From contig OZ024744.1 in NCBI GenBank assembly GCA_964016885.1, positions 98,890,001 through 98,954,000 on the forward strand: DNA of 64,000 nucleotides, given 5' to 3'. Below the pieces are notes generated by a model, which saw only the letters and a list, made by a program, of their open reading frames with translations, was not told the DNA's origin and did not search any database. Of this stretch, positions 1-11,700 are shown one piece after another. This stretch comes from Eledone cirrhosa. Taxonomy: Eukaryota. How positions within the stretch are numbered: position 1 is the first letter of the stretch; each line of letters starts with the position of its first letter. The position numbers and the translations under genes were made by a program.

Positions 1-238
1 CACAGCAGGACAACCTGTCTAACCCATGCTAGCGTGGAAGAACGGACGTAAAACGGTGATGATGAAATACACTATCCATTCCAATGGTGTCAAAATGGTT
101 AAAGTATACTTTAACCATTTTGACACCAAGTGACCAAGAAACTCCTCTTTGTTCTATAATACTATATTTTTTTCATTTTAAAGTATTTATATTAACATAG
201 TGGCCTTCCATCATAATTTTATAAAAAAAAACACCCTT

Positions 239-1109
239 GTTAACCTTTTCATTGCCATATTTCTAATGAAATACGCTGCCTCTGTGTCTCAATTAATTTT
301 GGAAATAAACATATTTCTCATGGAATAGACTGCCTATGTGTTTCAGTTGATTTTAAAAATAAACATATTTCTAATAAAATACACTGCCTCTGTGTTTCAA
401 TTAATTTTAGATATGAATATTTTGAAAAAAATTAAAATAACTTAATCTTTCATTAGTAAACTAATATTTAGAACTGATCTCTTCAATTGTGTGCTGAATG
501 TTCATGTTAAGAGAGGAGTTGAGCTGTCAACTGATCACCATCTAGTTATCTGGAACTTGAGACTATCTAAAGCCAAAGAAGTTAATAAAACTGGCAGGTC
601 CAGAGCGACCTACAGGATAAAGTGGGAAGCTTTGGTGGATAAGGATGTCAGAACCAGGTATGTAGATACTATTGCATCCAAATTCAGAGAACTCCCAGAG
701 CAAATTGATGATGTTGAGACAGAGTGGAGATTGTTCAGCTCAAACATTTCTGTTTCAGCTGTTAGATGCTGCAGGCGAAAGAGGCTTGGTATGGCAGGAG
801 GGCACATTGGTTCAATCAAGAGGTCAAAGATGCCATCAGATCAAAAAAAAGAGGTCTACAAAGCTTGGCTTGGAAATAAGTCCTTGCATTTGCAGTACAA
901 ACAGGCATGAAAAGTTGCAGTAGAGATAATAAAGACGTCCAAAGTTAAGGCATGAGAGGACTTTGGGGTTAAGCTGGAATCCGACTTCAGATCAGCAAAT
1001 ATTTAGAACATTACTTAAAATTCATGATATAAGAGTAAACATTGAAACAAGCAGTTTTGTGTCATAAATTGAGGGTGGTTTCAGGCAGGTTTGATATTGA
1101 AAGGGTTAA
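239..1109. mobile_element. piggyBac-like MITE (TTAA-CC(C)TTT...AAAGGG-TTAA) interrupted by a LINE fragment
   Basis: ttaaccttttc at 239 and aaagggttaa at ~1100-1109. Shares the motif catatttctaatgaaatac with copies at 41936 and 60485. Confidence 0.55.
472..1000 (+). mobile_element. RTE-clade LINE fragment (end of APE endonuclease plus linker)
   Basis: ORF 491-910 has VHVKRGVELSTDHHLV, the terminal APE SDH motif. Degraded downstream. Confidence 0.75.
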
Positions 1110-1162
1110 GTTATGCTTCAAATAACATCTTAATAATGAGAAAATTGGTTATAATACTAAAT

Positions 1163-1454
1163 CAGGCATGGGCAACCTTTTTCGAAAAGCGGGCCGCATG
1201 AAATATGGCCCACCATCAGGTGGGCCACAGGCACTAATTTACATTCGTGCCCACATTAAAAAAAAGGGATGGTAATTCAGGTTTTTTTTATTTGTTTCTT
1301 CAGAATTCGTACACGTTCTTTTCCTCAATCGTAAAAATGATAGAAAGATAAATTACGACTAAAGAGTTGGGGTCAAAACATCAGAAAGATTTCACTGAGG
1401 TGACTTAGGCGAGCCATTCAGAAAGCTTCGCGGGCCGCAGGCTGCCCATGACTG
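1163..1454. mobile_element. hAT-superfamily MITE with intact 8-bp TSD
   Basis: TIRs CAGGCATGGGCAAC / GCTGCCCATGACTG; TACTAAAT duplicated at 1155-1162 and 1455-1462. Confidence 0.85.
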
Positions 1455-1654
1455 TACTAAATCCTTACAAATTCTTGATTAATTTGAAAATGATTTGAAC
1501 ATTATAGTCAGTGTAGTTTATTAGAAATATGTTAACAAAAGAGTTAATACAATAAACTGGACAGTTGAGTGAGTTGAAGAGTTTAGAGAGAAAAGCCAGG
1601 AAACTACTGACTGTTCTGATGTCTCCATCTAAAGGCAGCTATAGATACTGAACT

Positions 1655-1978
1655 GAGGCACTCCATCGGTTAGAATGACGAGTGTTCCAGTTGATTCGAT
1701 CAACGGAACAGCCTGCTCATGAAATTAATGAGCATGTGGCTGAGCATTCCACTGACACAAGTACCCTTAACGTAGTTCTCAGGGAGATTCAGCGTGGCAA
1801 GAATGTGACAAGGCTGGCTATTCGAACAACAGGTACAACTCATTTTTGGCAGCTGAGTGGGCTGGAGCAACGTGAAATAAAGTGTCTTGCTCAAGGACAC
1901 AACACGCCATCAGGAATTGAACTCATGACACTCATGATTGCGAGCCAAAGACCCTAACCACAGCCACACGCCTTCACA
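1655..1978 (-). mobile_element. tRNA-head, CORE-like SINE, family B tail
   Basis: Pol III A/B-box head plus the ccttgagcaagacactttatttcac body. The tail matches the copy at 11376-11700. Confidence 0.8.
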
Positions 1979-2014
1979 GTTATAGAGAGAATACACGCAA
2001 CCTACATGCAATAC

Positions 2015-2046
<32 letters not shown>

Positions 2047-2420
2047 TCTATATACATACATATATATACATACATATTATATATACAAACTCTCCCAATG
2101 TCATGAAAAACCATTGACATTATATGAAAATTATTGAACAGTATCTAATAAAAACAAAACCCCCTATTAAAGGGAACAGAAAAAGAAAAAAAAGGGCCCA
2201 GCAATGAAAGAAAGGGAGAAAGGGAAAGAGGGAGAGACAGGCACAACACCCTGCAGACAAAACAGTAAAGGTATTAAGATGGAGAATGGCCAGAGACACC
2301 CGCTGCAATAGCCACCTCCACCTCACGGGGTCTCCCTCCTCAAGCGAGCTGCTGACTTTGGAATTTATCTCTTAGCCTGAAACAAGATTTAACGTGGTTT
2401 GGAAAAATGGCCATTAAACT

Positions 2421-2930
2421 GTGATGGTGATGATGGTGGTGGTGGTGGTGGTGGTGGTAGTTGTGGTGGTGGTGATGATGGTGGTGATGGTGGTGGTGGT
2501 GGTGGTGGTGATGATGGTGGTGGTGGTGGTGGTGGTGGTGGTGGTGGTGGTGGTGATGGTGGTGGTGGTGGTGGTGGTGATGGTGGTGGTGATGGTGGTG
2601 GTGATGGTGATGGTGGTGGTGGTGGTGGTGGTGGTGATGGTGGTGATGGTGTGGTGGTGGTGGTAATGATGATGGTGGTGGTGGTGATGATGATGGTGGT
2701 GGTGGTGGTGGTGGTGATGGTAATGGTGATGATGGTGATGGTAATGATGGTGGTGATGATGATGATGATGTTGGCGATGGTGATGATGATGATGATGATG
2801 ATGGTGATGGTGATGGTGATAGCGATATTGACGACGACGATGGTGGTGATGATGGCAATGATGATGATGATGATCATCATCATCATCCTCATCATCTTCA
2901 TCACGATGACAACGATGACAATGAGGATGA
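2421..2930 (+). repeat. (GGT/GAT)n compound trinucleotide microsatellite
   Basis: Direct reading. Begins right after a decayed SINE-tail motif (ggaaaaatggccattaaac). Confidence 0.95.
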
Positions 2931-3021
2931 ATGAAAGGAAGACAGAGTAAATAGGGTAACGAGACCAATCATTTGCGTAAACATGTGAAATGTGAGAGAG
3001 TAATAGAGGGGCCTGACTTAC

Positions 3022-3175
3022 CTCTGTAAGTGAAACCAGTGACTGACAATGTCAACTGTCATGCTGAATTGAAAGAATAGCATGTATTTGGGGTAGAAGA
3101 AACACAGAGCTGCCATAAGACACATGGTTGTAAATCTATCAATAAGTTGGTCAAGCATGGCTCCAAGTTTGCTAC
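3022..3175 (-). CDS. CDIPT: CDIPT/PIS coding exon 3 (SKLGAMLDQLIDRFTTMCLMAALCFFYPKYMLFFQFSMTVDIVSHWFHLQS); gene continues left of the window
   Basis: 154-bp exon between a TTTTAG acceptor and a GTAAGT donor, in frame with exon 2. Completes the GxxxDxxxD motif and contains DIxSHW. Not present in the ORF track. Confidence 0.95.
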
Positions 3176-3208
3176 CTAAAAGTGAAACAAACAATAGGTA
3201 TATGTTAA

Positions 3209-3846
3209 TCTATATATCTAAAACAGAGAATGTCTGTCTGTCTGTGACTCCCTAAAACTAGAGAACCACCCAACCGATTTTTTTTCAAACCTTACACATG
3301 TAAAACTTATGGTCCTGTGAGTGTTTTGAGCAAAACATTTCAAATTTTCAATGCCCTCCCTTTCTATTTTTATTATTATTATTATCATTATCACTATTTG
3401 TAAAAATATGCAACTTAACAATATTTCGCATATCCGTAATTGACAATGCATTTAATGCTGAAACCGGTATTGTAAATAAATTAATGTTTTGATATTTCAC
3501 TGAAAGAATCTCTTCAACATTTTCTACTGAAAAAATCTTTTTCCTTTCTACTATTTCTTTTCATAAATATATATATATATATGTGTGAGATGTGAGAAAA
3601 CCACAAACCCTCCATCTCAATTCAACTTTTGAAAAGCACAAGAACTGCGAAACCGGGTCCTGTGAGTGTTTTGAGCAAAACATATTTCAAATTTTCAATG
3701 TCCTAGGGACCGCATTAGGCGATTTAGCGATCTCTCTCTATAATTCTTAGTCTTTCATTTTTTACATAGTTACATAGATATAACGTTGCACCGTTATAAT
3801 ATCTGTCTGTATGTCTGGCTGTCTGCATTACGACATTATGACACTA

Positions 3847-3886
<40 letters not shown>

Positions 3887-4739
3887 CGTGCGTGCGTGTA
3901 TATATGTATATATATAGTGTGTATATATATGTATATAGTGCGTAACGTTTTTCGAAATATTTATTTCTGCGTTCACAGATTGATTTTTTTAGTTTCAGAA
4001 GATCCCGTTAAGGGTGAAAGTAGCGATTCTTTGCTTAAACTTTAATCTGTTATTTTAGTATATACTAGTAGAATGGCCCGGCTTTGCTCGGGATTTGCTC
4101 TAGGGTTCTTATATATTTGATATATATTTATCCTTATCGAGCCTCGTGAAATAAATATGTTTGTTTCTTTATATTTTGTTATTGTGTACGCAAAATATCT
4201 GTACACGAATATATAATTATATATATATAAATATTAAAATAACAGATTAAAGTTTAAGCTTTCACCCTTAACGGGATCTGAAACTAAAAAAAAAATCAAT
4301 CTGTGAACGCAGAAGTAAATATTTCGAAAAACGTTACACTATACATATATATATACACACACACACACTATATATACATATATACACACACACACACACA
4401 CAGATAGTGTCATAATGTTGTAATGCAGACAGCCAGACATACAGACATAAGGGCTCAACTTTATATCTATGTATCTATCTAAAAAGAAAGACTAAGAATT
4501 ATAGAGATAGATCGCTAAATCGCCTTATGCGGTCCCTAGGGAATTGAAAATTTGAAATATGTTTTGCTCAAAACACCCACAGGACCATAAGTTTTAGATG
4601 TGTAAAGTTTGAAAACAATCAGTTGGGTGGTTCTCGAGTAAACAAACATTTATTTCACGAGGCTCGATAAGGATAAATATATATCAAATATATAAGAACC
4701 GTAGAGCAAATCCCGAGCAACACCGGGCGATTCTGCTAG
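3209..4739 (+). mobile_element. Non-autonomous Helitron-like element with internal inverted duplication
   Basis: 5' A|TCTATATATCTAAAA followed by (TGTC)n. 3' GC hairpin cccgagcaacaccggg then CTAG|T. An inverted copy of the 3' end sits at ~4065-4165, and ~3660-4035 mirrors ~4235-4590. Confidence 0.7.
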
Positions 4740-5227
4740 TCTAAACTATAATAAAGTAAGGAGTGCGGAACTGCGTCCAGAATATATTTTTTTATCCCGT
4801 TAGTAAAATAAGTTGGATTACTTTGAATAAATAATGAATGAATATTACATAATTTATCTACTAAATTTCGTTATTCTTGATTAAATATAAATAATATTGT
4901 TGCTTATTTTAAGATTCACTTCTTAAACATTTTTAAATGTCAACACTTCCGGTTAGCGATCGCTTAAATAAATATTCATATATTTCCATCACTAATTTTC
5001 TCCTAATGCAGTTTATATATAATATCGTCTGTCTTATGTAATCAGTAACGTAATCCATGATACATTTAAAACAGTGTAACAATGTCTTCGTTCAATTTCT
5101 GTGTATATTGTCAATTATGATGTTATTTGATGTATCATATCTACATGCATATATACTTGTGTATAATATCAATATACACACTACACATGCTAGCAGAAAA
5201 CCACCCAAAGGGTCGTTTTTCTGCTAG

Positions 5228-5696
5228 TAATAATAGTAATAATAATAATGAAATTATTGTGTACAGTGCTCAGGTGCAATACAACTCATCAAAGGTGCAT
5301 GTATAGGACATAGAATTAATGTAGAAATGTCAGGAAAGTGTACAGTGTACGAGTCATGATATACATGTGTGCGTGTGTATGGAGGGGCGTGGATATCAGG
5401 TGTAGTGTTGGCGAATTTCAGGAAGCATGGAGGTTTTAAAGGATGCAGTGACTTGACAGCTAACAACTGATGCAGGGAATTTGTTCCATGGAGGTTTTAA
5501 AGGATGCAGTGACTTGACAGCTCACAACTGATGCAGGGAGTTTGTTCCATGCTTCAGCAACTCTGAGCGTGAAAAATGTTTCTGAAAGTCGTGGGAGCTG
5601 TGCTGTTTTCTGACTTTGTAGGCATGTTTACAGGTGTTAGACACATGGAATTCAAAAAGGTGCTCAGGGTTGTTGGCAAGATGGTTAATTGTGTGA

Positions 5697-5700
<4 letters not shown>
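5228..5700 (-). mobile_element. CR1-like LINE 3' end with internal ~62-bp tandem duplication
   Basis: Minus translation PEHLFEFHVSNT.KHAYKVRKQHSSHDF.KHF resembles the CR1 ORF2 C-terminus. Short (TTA)n-type tail; 5427-5550 is duplicated. Confidence 0.6.
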
Positions 5701-5735
<35 letters not shown>

Positions 5736-5989
5736 CCATCAACATTATCGTTTAACATCTATCTTCCACATAAGCACAGGTTAGACAAGCAATTTTCCCA
5801 CTTGAAGCAAGAATGATCGGGTCACCGTGTCTCGCTCATAGGACTGTATCTGGCAGGTTTTCTACGGCTGGATGCCCTTCTTAGCACCAACCACAATTAC
5901 ATATATATATGTGTGTGTGTGTAAGTCATTTTTTAAAAGCATTGTGATAAAAAATCTTTGCTTACTTATTCCTAAGATGGTCATGGGGG

Positions 5990-6783
5990 CAGAGTCCTCA
6001 AACACTCCCTCCAGTAGGTTCTGTCAGAAGCAATCGTCTCCAACTGATCTGGCTGGATCCCCAAGTGAGACAAGTTGAGCTCATGGATGTTATCCAACTG
6101 TCTTGTTCAGGATCTACCTCTGGGGCTCCTGCCAGTTGGTTTTGCCCATAAAATCTGTCCAGCAATTCTTTCCTGAGACATTCTAACCACATGTCCACTG
6201 TATCAGAGCTGTGATGTCTCAACTTGGAGAAGTAGCGGCTCTACCTGGAGTGACTCTCTGATCTCTGAGCTACACAGTATTGTGTAATGTTACGTCAAAG
6301 ACCCTTTGGAGGAATCTCATTTCGGCCGCTTGATTTCACAATCATATTTTTTTTTGTCATTACTCAAGACTCAAGACCAAAGCTAAGGGTTGACACGAAA
6401 GCCAAATTGAAGATAGCAAGTTTGGCTTTTACACCTACCTCCCTTCTTCTGATTACTGAATGTTGAAGCTGGTGCATTACTGCACCAGCTTTTGCAATTC
6501 TTGCACTTAATGCAGTCTCCTGCCTTCCATCACTCATCAATACAGCCCCGAGATACTTGAAGTTCTCCACCTGCTTCAGTGGAACTCCATTCACATGTAG
6601 AGTGCACTGTGCAGGCTTCCTTGAGAGGATGAGTGTTTCAGTTTTTGTAGCACCGAGTTTCATTACAGCCATGCAGCACTCAGCATCAAATCTATCAAGT
6701 GCAAGTCGAAGATCATCATCTGTTGAGTTAAGTAACACCATGTCGTCCCCAATCTGGCTGCGCATACCAATCCTGTTCACGTG
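5990..6783 (-). mobile_element. RTE-clade LINE RT/thumb fragment, degraded
   Basis: GDDMVLL...KTETL...VENFKYLG...RIAKAGAVM in ORF 6364-6984, whose N-terminal part is actually CDIPT exon 2 read through the intron. Confidence 0.8.
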
Positions 6784-6890
6784 AATAATGAACAGGAGAA
6801 GTTTAACATTGGATTTACAAATCTCATTGGGGAAATATGTAAATGAATAGGTAAATCCAATGTCAAAAATAATAAATAACGTTTCCTTAC

Positions 6891-7025
6891 CTTGATTCAA
6901 TACACGAGCAGCATGTCCATCAAATGAATCCAAAAATCCACTCAGAAGGTATAGAAATGCCGCCAGTTGATAATTCGTTTGCATGAAATAAAATGCAGCA
7001 AAGGCAAAAACAACTCGTCCATAAT
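6891..7025 (-). CDS. CDIPT: CDIPT/PIS coding exon 2 (DYGRVVFAFAAFYFMQTNYQLAAFLYLLSGFLDSFDGHAARVLNQG)
   Basis: 135-bp exon between a TTTTGTAG acceptor (7026-7027) and a GTAAGG donor (6890). Carries the DxxDGxxAR half of the CDP-alcohol phosphotransferase motif. Confidence 0.95.
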
Positions 7026-7189
7026 CTACAAAAAAATTTAGAAACCAGAAATAAGAACAGAGTCAAAACCAGTCAATATTTTTAACTCTCAACATCCAGC
7101 ATGAAGTCACATTAGCAAGATATTATTGTAAAGTGTAAAACAATACAATGACTGCATAACCTTAAAAATTGAAGTCTTTACTCTAACAC

Positions 7190-8110
7190 TACAAATGTTC
7201 ACAAAATCTGTCCATTAGTAAAGATACCATAAACATTTGACATCTTAAAACAGGTTTGTTAATTCTTCTGCTAAATTATTACAGGATGTTAAGAGATAAT
7301 GGTTTATAGGCACAAGGCACAAGGTTTATAGGCACAAGGCCAGCAATTTTGGGGGAGGGGAAAGCCGATTAAAATCGACTTCAGTGTGTGACTGGTACTT
7401 TATTTTATCGACCCCGTAAGGATGAAAAGCAAAGTTAACCTCGGCGGGATTTGAACTCAGATCATAAAGGGCCGTAACTCTGTGTAAAAGCATGGCGTCC
7501 GACCCTCTATCGATACTGCCAATCCACCGCCCTAGGATGTTAAGAGATAATACTACAGATGTTCACAACAATCTGTCCACCAGTAAAAGTACTATAAACA
7601 TTTGAATTAACAAACCTGTTTTTAGATATTTTCTGCTGAATGATTACATTATGTTAAGAGAGAATACTTCAAATTTTCACAACAATCTGTCCATAAGTAA
7701 AGATACTATAAACATTTGAATTAAACCTGCTTTTAGATATTTTCTGCTGAATGATTACATGATGTTAAGAGAGAATACTTCAAATTTTCACAACAATCTG
7801 TCCATCAGTAAAGATACTATAAACATTTGAATTAACAAACCTCTTGCAGGGTGTTAAGAGATAATACTACACATTTTCACAACAATCTGTCCACTAGTAA
7901 AGATGATATAAACTTTTGAATTAATAAACTTGTTTTAGATATTTTCTTCTAAATCATTGCAGGATGTTAAGCGGTAATACTACAAATTTTCATAACAATC
8001 TGTCCACCAGTAAAGATACTATAGACATTTGAATTAACAAACCTATTTTTAGATATTTTCTGTTTAATTATTACAGAATGTTAAGAAATAATACACCAAA
8101 TTTTCCAAAT
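7190..8110 (+). repeat. ~110-bp minisatellite (about 6 units) interrupted by a SINE
   Basis: acaacaatctgtcca..agtaaagatactataaacatttgaatt recurs at ~7200, 7566, 7680, 7790, 7878 and 7992. Confidence 0.85.
7301..7533 (-). mobile_element. tRNA-derived SINE, family C (Deu/Nin-like central domain), with 18-bp TSD
   Basis: B-box GAGTTCAAATCC followed by gcttttcatccttacggggtcgataaaat. AGGATGTTAAGAGATAAT is duplicated at 7283-7300 and 7534-7551. Other copies at ~10715-10900, 51760-51900 (+), 54710-54897 and 56760-57465. Confidence 0.85.
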
Positions 8111-8114
8111 AATT

Positions 8115-8630
8115 TCTCTACAATGCTCAATATAAAGAAAAGGAATGGGTAGAAATTCTGTATGGTTTACCCAGTGTGAACAGTAGACACACAAGAGATG
8201 TTGTGGGATCACAGTTAGGCTGACAGAGAAGGTAGACTTTATATATGACAGGTACACAGGAGTAGTCAACAGTAAAGCTACTCTCTCAAATATTTAGAAG
8301 GTTCATTAGAAGTAGTTGATAACTTCTGTTATCTTGGTGACCTAATTAGCTGTAGTGGTGGATATACTGAAAGTTTGTAGCCTGAGTGATAACATGATGG
8401 AAGAAATTTAGGGAGCTGTTACCTCTGCTGGTAACAAAGGATTTCTCTATCTCTCTCTCAAAGTGAAGGGCAGATTATATGATACTTGTGTTTGAACTGC
8501 TATGCTACATGGAAGCAACATGTGGGCGTAGAATGTACAGGATTTATGCCGGTTGTAAAAAAACGAAATGAAACACGAGAACAAGTATGCTTTCTTGCTA
8601 CACTGGATGTGTAATTTTAGTGATCACAGA
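8115..8630 (+). mobile_element. Old, degraded copy of the PHD-containing RTE LINE
   Basis: Decayed GRNS.WF.QC..HKRC.GIT, VDNFCYLGD, KKFRELLPLL and GRLYDTCV, homologous to 24958-25440. Confidence 0.7.
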
Positions 8631-9469
8631 ACCACTGGTGAACTGACTATGCTGGTACATTTCTTCCATCCTATCCTTATATTAGCTACTATGTTCTCTA
8701 AGCACCCTCCACCACTACTAATTATATCACCTAGGTAGCAGAAACTATCAACCACTTATATATATGTGTGTGTGTGTGCATGTGTCAATGAACTACATAT
8801 TTTGGTGGTACTTATCTTGATTAGGTCACCTTTGATCGTTACAGGTAATTTGTAACTCAGTACAACCTGTTACATGTCATTTCCAACTAAACTGGCAAAC
8901 CCACCAAGCTTGCTTGGTAACAAGGGTGATTTTTGGACACCCTGCAGGATGAAAAACAAAACCTGCCAAAGGGTGGAAGAACTCATGAGAGTCAATGGCC
9001 ATCCAATACAGATAGACAGAGTTTGTTAGCCTTGGGTGACAGTATGCCATACTGATAGATAGGAAAACCAGAGTAGATAGGACTCCTGTCACCTTGGTGA
9101 TAACCTTTCAAGTTGTCAATAGCTTCATCTTTGTGATGAAGGTGGGTGAGCTGTGGCTCAGCAGCTAGCTTCTGAATAATGGTCAAATGAGGATACGGGA
9201 CCCACCAACCTAATTTTTTTCACTTTTACCTGATGAGATTTATGGACATATACGAGGGTCAGCTGAAAAGTTCATCTGCTGACCAAAATACTCTCATGGA
9301 ATGAACAAATAAGATTTATTTTTTGACATAGTCCCTGGAAAGAAACAATTCAGTTATTAATAAGAAGAGCCGAAATTAATGAATGTAAGATTTCACACCG
9401 CTAGCATCACTCCTTCATAATCAAATTATGAACATTTCAGCCAACCCTCAAAGACTGAAGTTGGAAAGA

Positions 9470-9721
9470 AACCCACCAACTTGGAAAACCCAACAAGCCA
9501 CCATCTTGGAAAACCCAATAAGCCACCATCTTAGAAAACCCAACAAGCCACCATCTTGGAAAACCCAACAAGCCACCATCTTGGAAAACCCAACAAGCCA
9601 CCATCTTGGAAAACCCAACAAGCCACCATCTTGGAAAACCCAACAAGCCACCATCTTGGAAAACCCAACAAGCCACCATCTTGGAAAACCCAACAAGCCA
9701 CCATCTTGGAAAACCCAACAA
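9470..9721 (+). repeat. 25-bp minisatellite (GCCACCATCTTGGAAAACCCAACAA, ~10 copies)
   Basis: Near-perfect tandem units read directly. Confidence 0.95.
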
Positions 9722-10068
9722 TATTGACATTTCAACTCTAAACAGAGACGCAGGCGGTCATTACTAAAATAAATATACTAAGCTGCACCATCCACACCAT
9801 TACCACATACACGTTTCCCATTTTGAATACAATAATCTCATTTAATGATAATTCACCTAAATATAGCTCTAAAGGATTATTTTCTAATCCATTTACCTCC
9901 ATCTCTTCAACACACACACATATATATACATATACACACATATATACATACACATACATATATATATACATACATATATACACACAAATATATATATATA
10001 TACATACATACATACACATATACACATACATACATATACATACATACATATATATACACACACACACA

Positions 10069-10570
10069 AGGCGCATGGCTTAGTGGTTAGAGCATTGGCC
10101 TTGTAATCGAAAGGTTGTGAGTTCAATTCTCAGACTGGGTGATGTGTTGTTTCCTTGAGCAAGACACTTTATTTCACATTGCTCCAGTTTATTCAGCTGT
10201 AGAAATGAGATGATAGGGACTGGGGTCCCTATCATTCCACTGCAAAGTGGTCGCGAAGGTGTTGCAGCAAAAAAGCACCCAGCACTTACCGTAAAGTGGT
10301 CGTGGAGGTGCCACGGAAAAAAAGCACCCAGCCCACACTGTAACAGTGCTCGTGGAGGTGACACGGAAAAAAAAAAAAGCACCCAGCACTCACTGTAAAT
10401 GAGGTTGGTGTTAGGAAGGGCATCCAGCTGTAGAAATAAAGCCAGAATCGGTTCCCGTATGAGCAAGACATGGTCAGCCAACTGGACACTGCCCACAACA
10501 AGATAACCTGTCTAACCCATGCTGGCGTGGAAGAACGGAGGTAAAACGGTGACGGTGATGATGATGATGA
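10069..10570 (+). mobile_element. Full-length tRNA/CORE-like SINE, family A, long RTE-derived tail ending (GAT)n
   Basis: A box GGCTTAGTGG, B box GAGTTCAATTC, CORE-like body, ~49-bp internal units, ggaagggcatccagc and a (GAT)n tail. Confidence 0.85.
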
Positions 10571-11375
10571 CACACAGGAGGACAATTTTCAAGAGCATTT
10601 TTCAGAAATAAAATGTAAGACACTTCTGTATGTGATCCTTGATTTAGGTCTTGTATTATTCAGACTAATATTATTATTGATTCTACCTTTAACAGGTACA
10701 TTATTCTGTATCACAGTAATTGTTTCTACTTTTGGCACACGGGCATCAATTACCCAGTACATTACTGGTACTTTATTTTATCGACCCCGTAAGGATGAAA
10801 GGCAAAGTTAACTTCGGCAGGATTTGAACTCAGACCGCAAAGGGACGTAACTATGCTGGAAAGCATGGCGTCTGACCCTCTACTGATACTGCCAATCTAT
10901 CACAGTAATGAAGTTTCAAAATACACTTTAGTGACCCCTATATGAGCGAGACAGTCACCTGATACAACTTGCCTCTAAATGGGACCCGTCTAACCCATGC
11001 TAACATGGAAGATGGACGTTAATTGATGATGATGATAGCCATGGAAACAAAAGTTCTCATTTAACCCTTTAGTATTTACATTACTCTATAATATACTATC
11101 ATATTTTCACGGTAAACACTTTATTTCACATAATATTGAATCTATGACAGTTTGATATTGTTTATTTTGAGAACAATACCTCAATATCAGTATGAACAGC
11201 CACTTATGGCTGGTTTGAACAGATTTAGATGAGAGGAAACTGTAACAACATATACTAAAATGCTTTGTCTTTGCTTTTCAATTATTTCTCTCTCTACAAA
11301 GAAAGAAACCAATTATGTAAGTGTATAACCCTGAATTGGTGTGTGCATGTGCGTGCGTGTGCGTGCATGTGCGCG

Positions 11376-11700
11376 GGCACATGGACTTGTGGTTAGAGTA
11401 TTCGGCTCACAATCGTAAGGTTGCCAATACAATTCCCGGCGGCACGTTGTGTCCTTGAGCAAGACACTTTATTTCACGTTGCTCCAGTTCACTCAGCTGG
11501 CAAGAATGGGTTATATCTGTATTTTGAAGGACCAGCCTTGTCACATTCCGTGTCACACTGAATCTCCCTGAGAACTACGTTTAAGATACGCATATCTGGA
11601 AAATGCTGAGCCAGCCACATGCATGTTAATTCAGGAGCAGGCTTTTCCGTTGATTGGATCCACTGGAACACTCGTCATCATAACTGATAGAGTGCCGGTT
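11376..11700 (+). mobile_element. tRNA/CORE-like SINE, family B
   Basis: Same head as family A with a different tail; matches 1655-1978. Confidence 0.8.

Noticed and set aside
2340-2968. Poly-His/Pro/Gly/Thr proteins
   Set aside because: GGT/GAT microsatellite within a CDIPT intron.
1-3021. Further CDIPT exons (SHK...NP.LR.YY region)
   Set aside because: Not found by eye on the minus strand; presumed to lie left of the window.
6364-6984. 206-aa PIS-reverse transcriptase fusion ORF
   Set aside because: Chance read-through from exon 2 across a canonical GTAAGG donor into an intronic LINE fragment.
9252-9340. Mariner-like TIR (TACGAGGG...AAAAGTT)
   Set aside because: Only one end is seen, with no partner TIR or transposase; too little to call.
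10069-10145. tRNA gene (also at 39364 and 59745-60208)
   Set aside because: A/B boxes are present, but no complete cloverleaf was evident and the sequence continues into SINE body and tail.
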